DNA of 64,000 nucleotides, taken from the NCBI RefSeq assembly GCF_006345805.1, contig NC_043024.1, forward strand, positions 1,116,001-1,180,000. The letters run 5' to 3'. A program made the position numbers and the translations under genes. The stretch's first letter is position 1; the number at the start of each line of letters is the position of its first letter. This DNA comes from Octopus sinensis. Lineage: Eukaryota. Positions 13,047 to 25,658 of this stretch are shown piece by piece. Under the pieces are notes generated by a model that was given only the letters and a program-made list of their open reading frames with translations, made no database searches and was not told the origin of the DNA.

Positions 13047-13522
13047 TGGTATTCATTCATCTTTTTTCTTTCTTCTTTCCATCCTTCTTTATTTCTTTCT
13101 TACATTCATTCATTTTTCTTTGTTTTTCTTTTCTTATGTCTTTTTTGCTTCTTTTATTCATTCATTCAATCTCTCTCTCTCTCTTCTTTCTCTTCTCTCT
13201 CTCTCTCTCTTCTCTTTCTCTCTCTCTCTTTCTCTTGCCTACTCTCGCTTACTGTCTTTTTTCTTTCTTTTATCATTCATTCATTCTCTCTCTATCTCTC
13301 TTTTTCGTTCTTTTATTCATTCATTCTTCTCTCTCCCATCTCCTCTTTCCCCTTCTCCCTCTCTCTCCATCTTTCTTGGGAGGGGGGAGGGGCTTGTTTG
13401 ACATGTGTTGAAAAGTGTAGTATTTATATTTCTGGGAACCTGATACTTGAATCAACTTCAACCAAACTGCTTTACTATCATCTACACAGGCAACGGTTAA
13501 ACTTTAAAAACAATCTATCCTC

Positions 13523-13560
<38 letters not shown>

Positions 13561-13885
13561 TGGTATTCATTCATCTTTTCTTTCTTTCTTTCTTTCCATC
13601 CTTCTTTATTTCTTTCTTACATTCATTCATTTTTCTTTGTTTTTCTTCTTACTGTCTTTTTTGCCTTCTTTTATTCATTCATTCAATCTCTCTCTCTCTC
13701 TCTCTCTTTCTCTTTCTCTCTCTCTCTCTCTTTCTCTTTCTCTCTCTCTCTCTTTCTCTTGCCTACTCTCGCTTACTGTCTTTTTCTCTTTCTTTTATTC
13801 ATTCATTCATTCTCTCTCTCTCTCTCTTTTTCGTTCTTTTATTCATTCATTCTTCTCTCTCCCATCTCCCTCTTTCCCCTTCTCC
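12840..13885. repeat. ~515-bp direct tandem duplication (unique core + pyrimidine tract)
   Basis: GTTTGACATGTG at 12881 and 13396, followed by near-identical sequence. Confidence 0.93.
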
Positions 13886-14256
13886 CTCTCTCTCTCCCTT
13901 GTTCTCTCTCTCTCACCCACACTCCCTTTCTTTTCTATATTCTTTCTTTGTCTTTTTCTCTTTTTCTTTCTTTTATTCATTCATTTTCTCCCCCGTTCCC
14001 CTTCCCCATCTATATTCTTCCCAAGTTGTTCCTCTTTCAGTATTTATATATTTGTATATCATATAAAGTAAAGTTGGTAAAGTTCCTTCCCACGTCATAC
14101 AGACTCCTAGGAATGGTTTCCATGGCATATGTATCCCCCACCTGGAGTACTGGGGTCGATGTAATTGACTATTCCCCTCCCCCAAATTTCAGGCTTTGTG
14201 CCTATAGTAGAAATGATGATTATTATTATTCTTATAATAATTATTATTATTATTAT

Positions 14257-14455
14257 CATCATCATCATCATCGTTTAACGTCCGTTTTCCGCGCTAGCAC
14301 GGGTTGGACGGTTCGACCGGGGTCTGGGGAGCCAGGGGCTGCTCCAGGCTCCAGTCTGATCTGGCAGTGTTTCTACGGCTGGATGCCCTTCCTAACGCCA
14401 ACCACTCCACGAGTGTAGTGGGTGCTTTTTACGTGCCACCTGCACAGGTGCCATC
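14257..14455 (-). mobile_element. RTE-LINE 3' end (family C)
   Basis: GGATGCCCTTCCTAACGCCAACC motif and a (GAT)n tail on the minus strand. Confidence 0.85.
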
Positions 14456-14491
14456 ATTATTATTATTATTATCATCATCATCATCATTATC

Positions 14492-14537
<46 letters not shown>

Positions 14538-14952
14538 GACAACACGAAGAAGAGCGTGATGCAATGGCAATAGATATTTCATTGATTGAGTGGTATTTCA
14601 AAAGCTAATCTGTCTTTGTCAAGTTCAAAATGAAAAGTGATAAAATTTCAAGATTATAGAAATTCAAATCCAAAATATGAACGAGGGCAACCAGCGTCCC
14701 CCTGTTGATGGATTGACATTGTCAGTCTTGAAATTTCAAGTTTACAACTGGTGAAAAGAAAAAGGGGGAAAAAGAGAGAGAGAAAAAAGAAAAGGAAAAA
14801 GAAGAAGATTTAATCAGTTTTGTGTAAAATGATGAAATTCTGTCATTTTATTAATTCCTCCTGGGTGTGATGTTAATAACCTGCAAACATATTTCTTCTC
14901 GTACATTTTGAGTACTGAAAGTGTAGCAGATTCAGAATATTTACTGAGAATA

Positions 14953-15440
14953 GGCGCAGGAGTGGCTGTGTAGTAAGTAGCTTGCTAACCAACCACATGG
15001 TTCCGGGTTCAGTCCCACTACGTGGCATCTTGGGCAAGTGTCTTCTGCTATAGCCTCGGGCCGACCAAAGCCTTGTGAGTGGATTTGGTAGATGGAAGCT
15101 GAAAGAAGCCTGTCGTATATATGTATATATATATGTATATAACCCTAACCCTAACATGTATATATATATATGTATATAACCCTAACCCTAACATATATAT
15201 GTATATATATATGTGTGTGTGCATGTATCTTTGTGTGTCTGTGTTTGTCCCCCTAGCATTGCTTGACAACCGATGCTGGTGTGTTTACGTCCCCGTCACT
15301 TAGCGGTTCGACAAAAGAGACCGATAGAATAAGTACTGGGCTTACAAAGAATAAGTCCCGGGGTCGAGTTTCTCGACTAAAGGCGGTGCTCCAGCATGGC
15401 CACAGTCAAATGACTGAAACAAGTAAAAGAAAGAAAAGAA
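14953..15440 (+). mobile_element. SINE family A, full length, expanded internal microsatellite
   Basis: Family A head and tail; internal tract contains TAACCC repeats. Confidence 0.92.
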
Positions 15441-15446
15441 AATAGG

Positions 15447-15590
15447 CCTTTTCAAGTCTTTACCAAAATTGCAGCAGTTTGATGCAAAATGCTCAGCAAG
15501 TTCTGTCGACCTCCTGTTGTTGTTCCTGATGTCATGTCTGTGCCCTTCAAATCTTTTGCTTAATTTTTCTGTTGTACAACCAACATAAAT
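15447..15590 (-). mobile_element. Penelope-like GIY-YIG endonuclease fragment
   Basis: IYVGCTTEKLSKRFEGHRHDIRNNNRRSTELAEHF matches the YIG...R..EH...ELA.HF pattern. Confidence 0.85.
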
Positions 15591-15782
15591 CAAGTTGGCA
15601 GAATTGTTAGCATGCCAGGTAACATGTTCAATCTATGTTCTGAGTTCAAATCCCACTGATGTCAACTTTGCCTGATATCTATTCAGGGTGGCTAAAATAA
15701 GTACCAGTTGAGTATTGAGGTCAATGTAATTGATTTTCTCCCTCCCCCGAAATTGCTGGCCTTGTGCAAAAATTTGAAATTG

Positions 15783-16040
15783 TGCTGGTGGCATGTAAAA
15801 AGCACCATCCGATCGTGGCCGTTTGCCAGCCTCGTCTGGCACCTGTGCAGGTGGCACATAAGCACCCACTACACTGATGGAGTGGTTGGCGTTAGGAAGG
15901 GCATCCAGCTGTAGAAACACTGCTAGATCAGACTGGAGCCTGGTGCAGCCTTCTGGATTCTCAGACCCCAGTTAAACCATCCAACCCATGCTAGCATGGA
16001 AAGCAGACGTTAAACGATGATGATGATGATGATGATAATG
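15783..16040 (+). mobile_element. RTE-LINE 3' end (family C)
   Basis: Family C motifs and (GAT)n tail. Confidence 0.85.
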
Positions 16041-16399
16041 ATTATTATACATCCACACATATACATGTATGTAGATGTGTGTGTGTGTGTTTGTTTGTTC
16101 CACTTGCACCTCACCAATTCTTTCTCCTTTGAACCTTACATTACTTAGATTCCACAAATATCCGGGGTCCACCACCACCCTAACACCACATCCCCTCCCC
16201 ACTGGACAGTTTTATCACCACGGCGGTGTGTTGATTATTCCACACAGAGAAATGAATGAAGGACTCTACACATCATTAGACATTGTTCCGATAACACATT
16301 GTGGTGGTCATACAATGGTTATTGGGTTTCAGTTTCTGATGGTGGGGGCGTAGTGGTGGTGGGGGTGAGGCGTTAAAATTAAACTAATCAGATGTTGCC

Positions 16400-16910
16400 A
16401 GAGGTTGAGTATGTGTAAATTATATTAAGATAGCCTGGTGAATGGTGGTGGTTGATGATGGTGTGGTGGTAGCAGTGGTGGTGATGGTGGTGTTGGTAGT
16501 GGCGATTGCAGTGGTTGTGGTGGTGGTGGTGGTGGTGACAGTGATGCTGGTGGTAGTGGTGACGGTGGTGGTAGTAGCAGTAGTAGTAGTAGCAGCAGCA
16601 GCAATGGTGGTAGTTATGGTCATGATGGTGGTGAAGGTATACTTGTGGTAGTGGTGGTGATGATGTGGTGGTGCTGGTGGTGCTGACAGTGGTAGTGGTG
16701 GTGGAGGTGGTAGTGGTGGTAGTGGAGGTGGTGTTTAGTGTTGTTATGGTAATGAGATGGTGGGGATTTTTGTTGTAGTGGTGGTGGCAGTGGTGAGGGT
16801 GTATAGGGTGTTGGTACACGGGTAATTTTGGTGGTTATTATGGTGAGTGTGTGTGTGTGTGTTTGTAGCAGTCATGGTGTGATTGTGATGGTAGTGATGA
16901 TGATGATGAT
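16400..16910. repeat. degenerate (GGT/GAT/GTA)n array
   Basis: Directly visible. Confidence 0.9.
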
Positions 16911-17074
16911 GGTATAATCGGGTGGGGTGGGGGGCAGTGGTAGTTAGAGAAAGAAAAATACAAAAAAATTCAAAGCCCAAAAAACCTAAAATAACTGAAG
17001 AACATTTTGGCAACCATCAGTTTATTTCGCATTCATCATAAATACAGTCCTCTTCCTAAAGTCTGCATCTACTA

Positions 17075-17660
17075 ATGTGTGTGTGTGTGTATATGTATGT
17101 GTATGAATGTGTGTATGTATGTATGTATGTGTGTGTATATATATGTGTGTGTGTGTGTGTGTATATATATGTATGAATGTGTGTGTGTGTGTATGTATGT
17201 ATGTGTGTGTATATATATATATGTGTGTGTGTGTGTATATATGTGTGTGTGTGTGTTTGTATGTGTATGTATGTGTGTGTGTATATATATGTGTGTTTGT
17301 GTATGTGTGTATGAATGTGTGTGTATGTATGTATGTGTGTATATATATGTGTGTGTGTGTGTACATATATATATGTATATATGTACATATATATATACAT
17401 ATCTATGCATGTGTATGTGTATGTATATATATATTTATACATGGATATATATGTATAGATATGCATACATATGTGTATATGTATGTATATGTACATAGAC
17501 ATGCACACACACACACACATACAAATACATACATATAGATAGATAAATAAATAAAGAGAGAGGCTGGTAAGTAGACAGATACATACATACACACACATAC
17601 ACACACTCACATACATACATTCATACATGGAGGCATGCATATATACACACACACACGCAT
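17075..17660. repeat. compound (TG)/(TA)/(CA) microsatellite
   Basis: Directly visible. Confidence 0.95.
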
Positions 17661-17952
17661 ACAGCAACAAACACCGTAAACGTCATCCATATTTTAACAT
17701 ATATATTTCTATATTCTGCAATGGGTTGGCTAGGTCTACTGGCTCACCTATTGTCATTGATTGAGATTTACGATCATCACATCCTCAGGTCTTGACCTTT
17801 GAGGGTTTTCATCTCAAACTTTTCCTTAGGGTATTTGGCAACCTTTCCTATGAACACTGATCTCTCGTTTTTTTCCACGCATCCACATCCAACCCAATCA
17901 TCCCTCTCGCTTAGCTACTCCTAGTCTTTCTTGTATTTCTCTTTCTTGTTTC

Positions 17953-18350
17953 GTTACTACCCACAAGGGGCTAAACACAGAGAGGACAAACAAGGACAGA
18001 CAAACGGATTAAGTCGATTAAATCGACCCCAGTGTGTAACTGGTACTTATTTAATCGACCCCGAAAGGATGAAAGGCAAAGTTGACCTCGGCAGAATTTG
18101 AACTCAGAATGTAAAGACAGACGAAATACCTATTTCTTTACTGCCCACAAGGGGCTAAACACAGAGAGGACAAACAAGGACAGACAAACAGATTAAGTCG
18201 ATTAAATCGACCCCAGTGTGTAACTGGTACTTATTTAATTGACCCCGAAAGGATGAAAGGCAAAGTCGACCTCAGCAGAATTTGAACTCAGAATGTAACG
18301 GCAGACGAAATACGGCTATGCATTTTGCCAGACGTGCTAACGTTTCTGCC
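17953..18350 (-). mobile_element. SINE family B, two tandem units
   Basis: CCCACAAGGGGCTAAACACAGAGAGGACAAAC occurs at about 17961 and 18144. Confidence 0.88.
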
Positions 18351-18915
18351 ATCTCACTTTCTTGTTTACCCTAATCAATTATTGAACTCCTTATGTTGAT
18401 TTCTCAGGTGCCTCTCTGATCACTCTCACATCTTCTTATCATCATCATCATCATCATCATCATTTAGTGTCCCTTTCTCCATTTTCTTGAGCAAAACGTT
18501 TCATTTGACATTACTCTTCCTGTTCAAAACAGCTGGGCAAAATGAGTCACCCTGTGATGGACCAGCGTCCCATCCAGGGAGGAATATCTCCACGCCAAGA
18601 AACCAAGAACCGAGCGCTATGCTCCTTATGAAGTAATGTGGACTAACTATCATGTGTGTGTGTGGAGGTGCATGGCTTGGTGGTTAGGGTGTTGGGGTCA
18701 TGTTTATAAGGTTGTGGTTTCAATTCCTGGTCCAGGCGATTTGTTGTGTTCTTGAGCAAAACACTTCATTTCATCTTGCTTCAGTCCACTCACCTGGCAA
18801 AAAGTTAGTAATCCTGCAGCAGTCTAGGAATTGAAACCATGATCTCACTATTATGAGTGCAACATCCGAACCACTTGGCCCTGCATCCTCACGAATACAT
18901 ATATATATATTTCAA

Positions 18916-19146
18916 GGCGGCGAGCTGGCAGAAACATTAGCACGCTGGGCGAAATTCATAGCCGTATTTCGTCTGCCGATACGTTCTGAGTTCAAATTCT
19001 GCCGAGGTCGGCTTTGCCTTTCATCCTTTCAGGGTCAATGAATAAAGTACCAGTTACGCACTGGGGTCGATGTAATCGACTTAATCCCTTTGTCTGTCCT
19101 TGTTTGTCCCCTCTATGTTTAGCCCCTTGTGGGCAATAAACAAATA
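18916..19146 (+). mobile_element. SINE family B, full length
   Basis: GGCGGCGAGCTGGCAGAA head through AATAAA end. Confidence 0.9.
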
Positions 19147-19509
19147 TATATGTATATTTCTTATTTTTAATTGGTAGATTAATAGTTGGCATTGGACTGG
19201 TGGAGTTGGTAGAATTGGACAACATTTCTTCCAGCTCTTCATGTTCTGAGTTCAAATTCCACCAAGGTCAACTTTCCCTTCATTCTTTCGGGGTCAAAAA
19301 AATGAGCACTGGTTGGGTGCTGGGTGTTGATGCAATCGACTTTCCCACTCCCTTGAAAAATTGCTGGCCTTGTGCCAGAATTTGAAAGAATTATTAATCA
19401 GTAGAAGATACCCCATGATTCAAAAGCTACATGTCCCTGCATTGGCACTTTGGTAAGCGCCAATGCATGAAACTCTGGGTCCTTAAATCGCTTTAGAACT
19501 GTTGTTGAT

Positions 19510-19898
19510 TACTCTTTTACTTGTTTCAGTCATTTGACTGCAGCCATGCTGGAGCACCGCCTTTAGTCGAGCAAATCGACCCTGGGACTTATTCTTTGTA
19601 AGCCCAGTACTTATTCTATCGGTCTCTTTTGCCGAACTGCTAAATGACGGGGACGTAAACACACCACCATCGGTTGTCAAGCGATGCTAGGGGGACAAAC
19701 ACAGACACACAAACACACATACATATACATATATACGACAGGCTTCTTTCAGTTTCCATCTCCTAAATCCACTCACAAGGCATTGGTTGGCCCAGGGCTA
19801 TAGCAGAAGACACTTGCCCAAGATGCCACGCAGTGGGACTGAACCCTGAACCATGTGGTTGGTTAGCAAGCTACTTACCACACAGCCACTCCTGCGCC
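19510..19898 (-). mobile_element. SINE family A, full length
   Basis: Reverse-complement match to other copies. Confidence 0.9.
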
Positions 19899-20388
19899 TT
19901 AATAACAAACATATAAAAATATCTTTTAGATGTTTTGGTTATCAGATTGTGGCCATGATGGGGCACCACCTTGAAGAATTGTAGCTGAATGAATTCACTC
20001 CAGCACTTATTAATATTATTTTTGTAAAACCTGGTACTGATTCTATCAGGCTCCTTTTGCTGAACTGCTGGGTTACGGGGAGGGAAACACTCCAGCATCA
20101 GTTATGAATCAATGATGGTGGGGAACAAACACATACACACACGCACACATGATGGGCTTCTTTCAGTTTCCATTTACCAAATCCATTCACAAGGCTTTGG
20201 TCGGCCTTAGGCTGTAGTAGAAGACACTTGCCCAAGGTGCCATGCAATGGGACTGAACCTGGAACCATGTGTGTTAGTGAGAGCAAACTTCTTATCACAC
20301 AGCCTCACCTTTGCCTGTATATATTGATATTTTAAGATAATCATCAATGCCTTTCCTCATGGTAACCTGTTCTTCTTTCTGCTTACAG

Positions 20389-20571
20389 CAATATCGAAAT
20401 ATGCCTCCTCAGAGACAGAATGCCATGTCTCCAACCACTCCTTCAACTGGCTCACCTTATGGACCATCATCTGCTCCGATTGCTTGGACGTCCAGTTCTT
20501 ATTACAGAGGGAGAAATACTCGATACCCGACAGCTCCGCCAACATTGTACAGAAGCTATTCACAATATTCG
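20389..20571 (+). CDS. internal coding exon of an unidentified host gene (QYRNMPPQRQNAMSPTTPSTGSPYGPSSAPIAWTSSSYYRGRNTRYPTAPPTLYRSYSQYS)
   Basis: Acceptor TGTTCTTCTTTCTGCTTACAG, donor G|GTGAGT, 183 nt (phase 0-0), non-repetitive, AT-biased third positions; reading frame inferred. Confidence 0.55.
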
Positions 20572-22099
20572 GTGAGTTGAAAAAGCATGCTTTTAACAAA
20601 ATCCAAAAAAAAAAAAAAAAAAAAGAAAAGAAAAAGAAAATATTTCTTTCCTCTTCTTTTCCACAAAGCTCTTTTGTTACTTTAGAGATTGGTTTATGGA
20701 GATCTGATTTTGTTCTGTAATATGATTCATTCTCATAAAATACTCACATGAATTGGTTAAATATTCTCTCACTTCGATCTGTGGAAGCAAGAGAACAAAA
20801 CAATAATAATTCACGAAATTCACCAAAATATTTATTCTGCTTCTTTGGAAGAAAACCATTGAACTTTATATTCCACTATTAATAATGAACTTGCTCACTC
20901 TGAGATGGGAAGGAATTGTTTAAAATTTCTGTTTCAGCACCACGTTACATCTGTATGTGTTATGTACCTTGTAACCTCTTTGTGACTGTAGTTTCAAAGT
21001 AATGCACTACGTCTTCCAGTCAATCTTTTAAATAACTATTTAAAGTGATTTACTAAAGTAACTAACAATAAGAAGTGTTCACTCTTCTGTTCATAATACT
21101 GATGAGTTGCAACAGTATTTTGACCTTTTTAATAACCTACAAATTACATTTTCTTTTCGGTTAGCCATATTCTATTTGATTTCGAGGCTAGATTCTACTT
21201 GGTTGGATTGACTTCAATTGTTTCATCTTTCAACTACCAGATGTATTTTGGCAGTGATGTGGTATTATGCTTATTCCTGTGTCTAAATTAATACATGTGT
21301 TGTTTGAAACAGGCCTTTGAATGAATTCTTGGTAAGGCCAATGTGTTATTTTCGTGCTGCTCATTTCTGAGAATCTATTTTGTACACCAGCCTCTTTTCA
21401 AAGCATTTCTTGAGGGATAATTACCTGCAGTCTTATAGGTGTTAAAGTTGAATTTACAGATTCACATGAAAATGTGGAAAGAAATGATAGAAGAGGTGCC
21501 AGTGTTAATTTATTTAGTTTCGGAAATTCTGATTTCTGTTCAGCCAAAAATAATAATAATAATAATAATAAATAAATGAAAAATAAAATAAAAGAAAAAA
21601 TAAACCAGTCAAGTTTGTTTTTGAAAATTCAAGTTTGAGACTTCAGTCACATGACAGCCCTGCATTGTGTCAGGGAAAAGGATTTGGACCCAAGCAGATT
21701 TATGATTTGTTTATTTTTTAGTGGGCAATCACATCTGTAACTTACACAACACAAATAAATTGATATTCATAATTTATTTTAGTTGTTATGTGCCAGTGGT
21801 GGCACACGAAAGGCATCCATGGCTGGTGATATGCGAAAGACACCTGTGCAGGTGACATGTAGAAGGCACTCGTGGTAGTAACGCGTTAAAGGCATTCCAT
21901 GCTTTGTGACATGTGAAATACATCCAATTCACTCTGTGAAGTGGTTGGCATTAGGAAGGGCATCCAGCCGTAGAAACCAGGCCAAAGCAGACTGGAGCCC
22001 GATGCAGCACTCCAGGTTGCCAGCTCCTGTCAAACCGTCCAACCTATTCCAGCATGGACAACGGACAATAAATGATGATGAAGAGGAGGACAATAATGT

Positions 22100-22450
22100 T
22101 TTTATACTCATATAATGGAAATTGCAGTTGTGATACCTGTGCTGGTGGCACGTAAAAAGCACCATCCGAACGTGGCCGATGTCAGCGCCGCCTTGACTGG
22201 CTTCTGTGCCGGTGGCACGTAAAAAGCACCAACCGATCGTGGCCACTGCCAGCCTCCCCTGGCACATAAAAAGCACCCACTACACTCATGGAGTGGTTGG
22301 CGTTAGGAAGGGCATCCAGCTGCAGAAACACTGCCAGATCAGATTGGAGCCTGGTGCAGCCTCCTAGCTTCCCAGACCCTGGTCGAACCGTCCAACCTGT
22401 GCTAGCACGGAAAACAGACGTTAAACGACGACGATGATGATGATGATGAT
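22100..22450 (+). mobile_element. RTE-LINE 3' end (family C)
   Basis: Family C motifs and (GAC/GAT)n tail; a diverged copy precedes it at about 21800-22080. Confidence 0.85.
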
Positions 22451-22614
22451 ACTGTGGTCATGCTTGTTGTCATCCCTTCTATGATTTTATTATCCCTAAA
22501 ATGGCTAAGTCCACCTAAAGTACATAATCCATGAGATTAACTACCATTGAAATTCAAGACACTGGACAGACACCTCTACTCCCACCCCCACCCCCACCCA
22601 CATGCCACTCCTAC

Positions 22615-22671
22615 CTTTGTTTCTTCTGCTACGGAGAAGATGGTTTGGATGCTGTCTTCATTTCTGATTGT
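22615..22671 (-). CDS. weak candidate 57-nt exon (TIRNEDSIQTIFSVAEETK)
   Basis: Acceptor TTTTCTGCTAAACCCAG and donor AAG|GTAGGA on the minus strand; no homology recognised. Confidence 0.15.
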
Positions 22672-23581
22672 CTGGGTTTAGCAGAAAACAGTTGCAGAAG
22701 TGTTCTCCTCTGCACACCAAAAGCTTGCATGTGATCTGTTCTTAATTGAATTAAAAATCAAATTATTTCCAAACAAAATCATCAAAACACGAAAAATATT
22801 TAAATTTCCACCATTTTCTTCTCAATGTTTTATTCATGAAAATTCCAGTTTTTACCTTTTAAAGTGGAAACATTTGTGTTCTCGGAGACAATGGCCTCTT
22901 CCAAACAGCATATTAACATTCTCAAATATGTCTGACATAATGTTATTTATACAACCAAAAACAGCGAATTACCAGAATTGTTGGAGCATCGGATAAAATC
23001 GCTTGTAACGTTTTGTTTCTGGATCTTTATATTCTGAGTTCAAATCTTACCGATGCCAAGTTTGCCTTTCATGCTTTCAGGGTTGATAAAATGAAGAACC
23101 AGTCAAGTACTGAAGCTGATGAGGGTGTCTTACCCCCTCCCCCCTCAACATTGCTGGCCTTGTGCCTAAATAAAAAACTGTTATTTGTTCAACCAATTCT
23201 TTTCATGTACGAATTATGCAAGATTAAGTTTTATTTCTGTTTTTGTTTGTTTGATTAAAAATTACTTGATTTTTTTTTTTTTTGAAGTCCTCAACTCATC
23301 GATTCAGTCATGTGATGTTTTTCACGTGTCCACAATAGGATTGTTTAAGCTTATGTCAATTCATCCGGAGAAAAACACATTATGGACTCTCCCGGGTGAC
23401 TTAGATATGCATCGACTCATTGTCCAAGATTGACTCTTTTCTCACCTCAGCACACTTGCTGTGGTGCAGAACGTTCATTTTGCAACATGGACAAAAAGAA
23501 GTCAGAATTTGCCACTTTGCACTTCAGTTTTCAACTGTTGCAGTATTTAGTTCTTTCGTTTATAAAGTTATATTCTGCATA

Positions 23582-24000
23582 AAGGCAGAGGAGCTGGCAG
23601 AGACATTAGCATGCCGGGCGAAGTGCTTCGTGGTAGTTCACCTGTCGCTACGTTCTGAGTTCAAATTCCGCTGAGGTTGACTTTGCCTTTCATCCTTTCA
23701 GGGTTGATAAATTAAGTACCAGTTACGCACTGGGGTTGATGTAATCTACTTAATCCCTTTCTTTTTCTGTCCTTGTTTGTCCCCTCTGTGTTTAGCCCCT
23801 TGTGGGCAGTAAAGAAATAGGTATTTCGTCTGCCGCTATGTTCTGAGTTCAAATTCCGCTGAGGTCGACTTTGCCTTTCATCCTTTCGGGGTCAATTAAA
23901 TAAGTACCAGTTACGCACTGGGGTTGATATAATCGACTTAATCCGTTTGTCTGTCCTTGTTTGTCCCCTCTGTGTTTAGCCCCTTGTGGGTAGTAAAGAA
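23582..24000 (+). mobile_element. SINE family B, two tandem units
   Basis: Body repeated at about 23650 and 23840. Confidence 0.88.
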
Positions 24001-25097
24001 ACATGTTAAGTTATATTCTGCAGACAAAATATTCTCCGTCTTCCTTTATACCTCAAGTCACCTCAATGCATTAACAACTGGACATTGTGGTGGACGGTGT
24101 CACTTTCATCTTTTATCTCTTCTGCTTGTTTCAGTCATTAGACTGTGGCCATGCTGGGGCACTGCTTTGAAGCAGTCATAGTCAAATGAATCGACCTCAG
24201 GACTTATTATTTTTTGTATGCCAGGTACTTATTCTATCATTCTCTTTTGCCGAAGTGCTGATGTTACAGGGATGTAAACACACCAACACCGGTTATCAAG
24301 TGGTGGTGGTGGTGGTGGTTTTGAAGCGATAGCATAAGAACCAGGGTTAAAAAAATGAAAACGGGTCGATACATTTGACTAAAATTCTTCAAGGTGGTGC
24401 CCCAGCATGGCCACAGTCTAATGACAGAACCAAGCAAAGGACGAAAGCTATATCAGTTCTAGTTAATTCCTGCAATTCTTTCCCATATCATTTAAGAGTA
24501 AAATCTTTCATTTTCCATTTTTGTCTTTTCATTTATTCCCCATTTTTTCTTCTCCTTCTTCCATAAGTCTATATATACACAAGTGTCTATCTTTCCATGA
24601 AAATAATTTGTGTGAATCTACTTGTTGCTAGCAACCCAAGTTCTTCACCGATTCTCTATGGTTTCCTGGCTTTTGTAATTAAGAATGAAGCTTTGTATGG
24701 TGCTCTTGAGTATTTCTCTTGAACCAGTCTTGGTTTTCTGCAGTTTTTTTTTCTTTTCTTTTTTATTTTTGTCCTTTCAAAGATTTCGCTAATCTATCAA
24801 AAAACACTAAAAGTATGCCCACCTCCATAGAAAGTGTCTCTGGTACTAAGATGGCTTTTTGCATTTAGGAGGCTTCACACTTTTATTCACCAGTCTTTGC
24901 AGTTTAAGCGGAATGGACAGCGTTCTTCATGTGTGTGTGTGTGTGTGTGTATATATCTATATATAAGATATTTTGTACACATAGGTTAGTGTAGGCGTTT
25001 TGTATGAGTGTGTTGGTGAGTGTGTATATGTGTCTACATACATTCATATATATTTACATGTTTGTATGTGGGTGTGTATGTATGTATGTGTGTATAT

Positions 25098-25149
<52 letters not shown>

Positions 25150-25254
25150 TCACCTGTGAATTAAACCCCCCTATATTTTGTGTATTATATATTTATATGT
25201 GTGTGTGTAGGTATGTATATACATACCTACACACACAAGTATGTATGCATATAT

Positions 25255-25656
25255 ACTCTTTTATTCTTTTACTCTTTTACTTGTTTCAGTCATTTGACTG
25301 TGGCCATGCTGGAGCACCGCCTTTAATCGAGCAACTCGACCCCGGGACTTATTCTTTGTAAGCCCAGTACTTATTCTATCGGTTTCTTTTGCCGAACCGC
25401 TAAGTGACAGGGATGTAAACACACCAGCATCGGTTGTCAAGCAATGCTAGGGGGACAAACACAAACATACACGCACACACACATACATATATACGACGGG
25501 CTTCTTTCAGTTTCCGTCTACCAAATCCACTTACAAGGCTTTGGTCGGCCCGAGGCTATAGAAGAAGACACTTGCCCAAGGTGCCACGCAGTGGGACTGA
25601 ACCCGGAACCATGTGGTTGGTAAACAAGCTACTTACCACACAGCCACTCCTGCGCC
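25255..25656 (-). mobile_element. SINE family A, full length
   Basis: Reverse-complement match to the 9691 copy. Confidence 0.92.
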
Positions 25657-25658
25657 TA

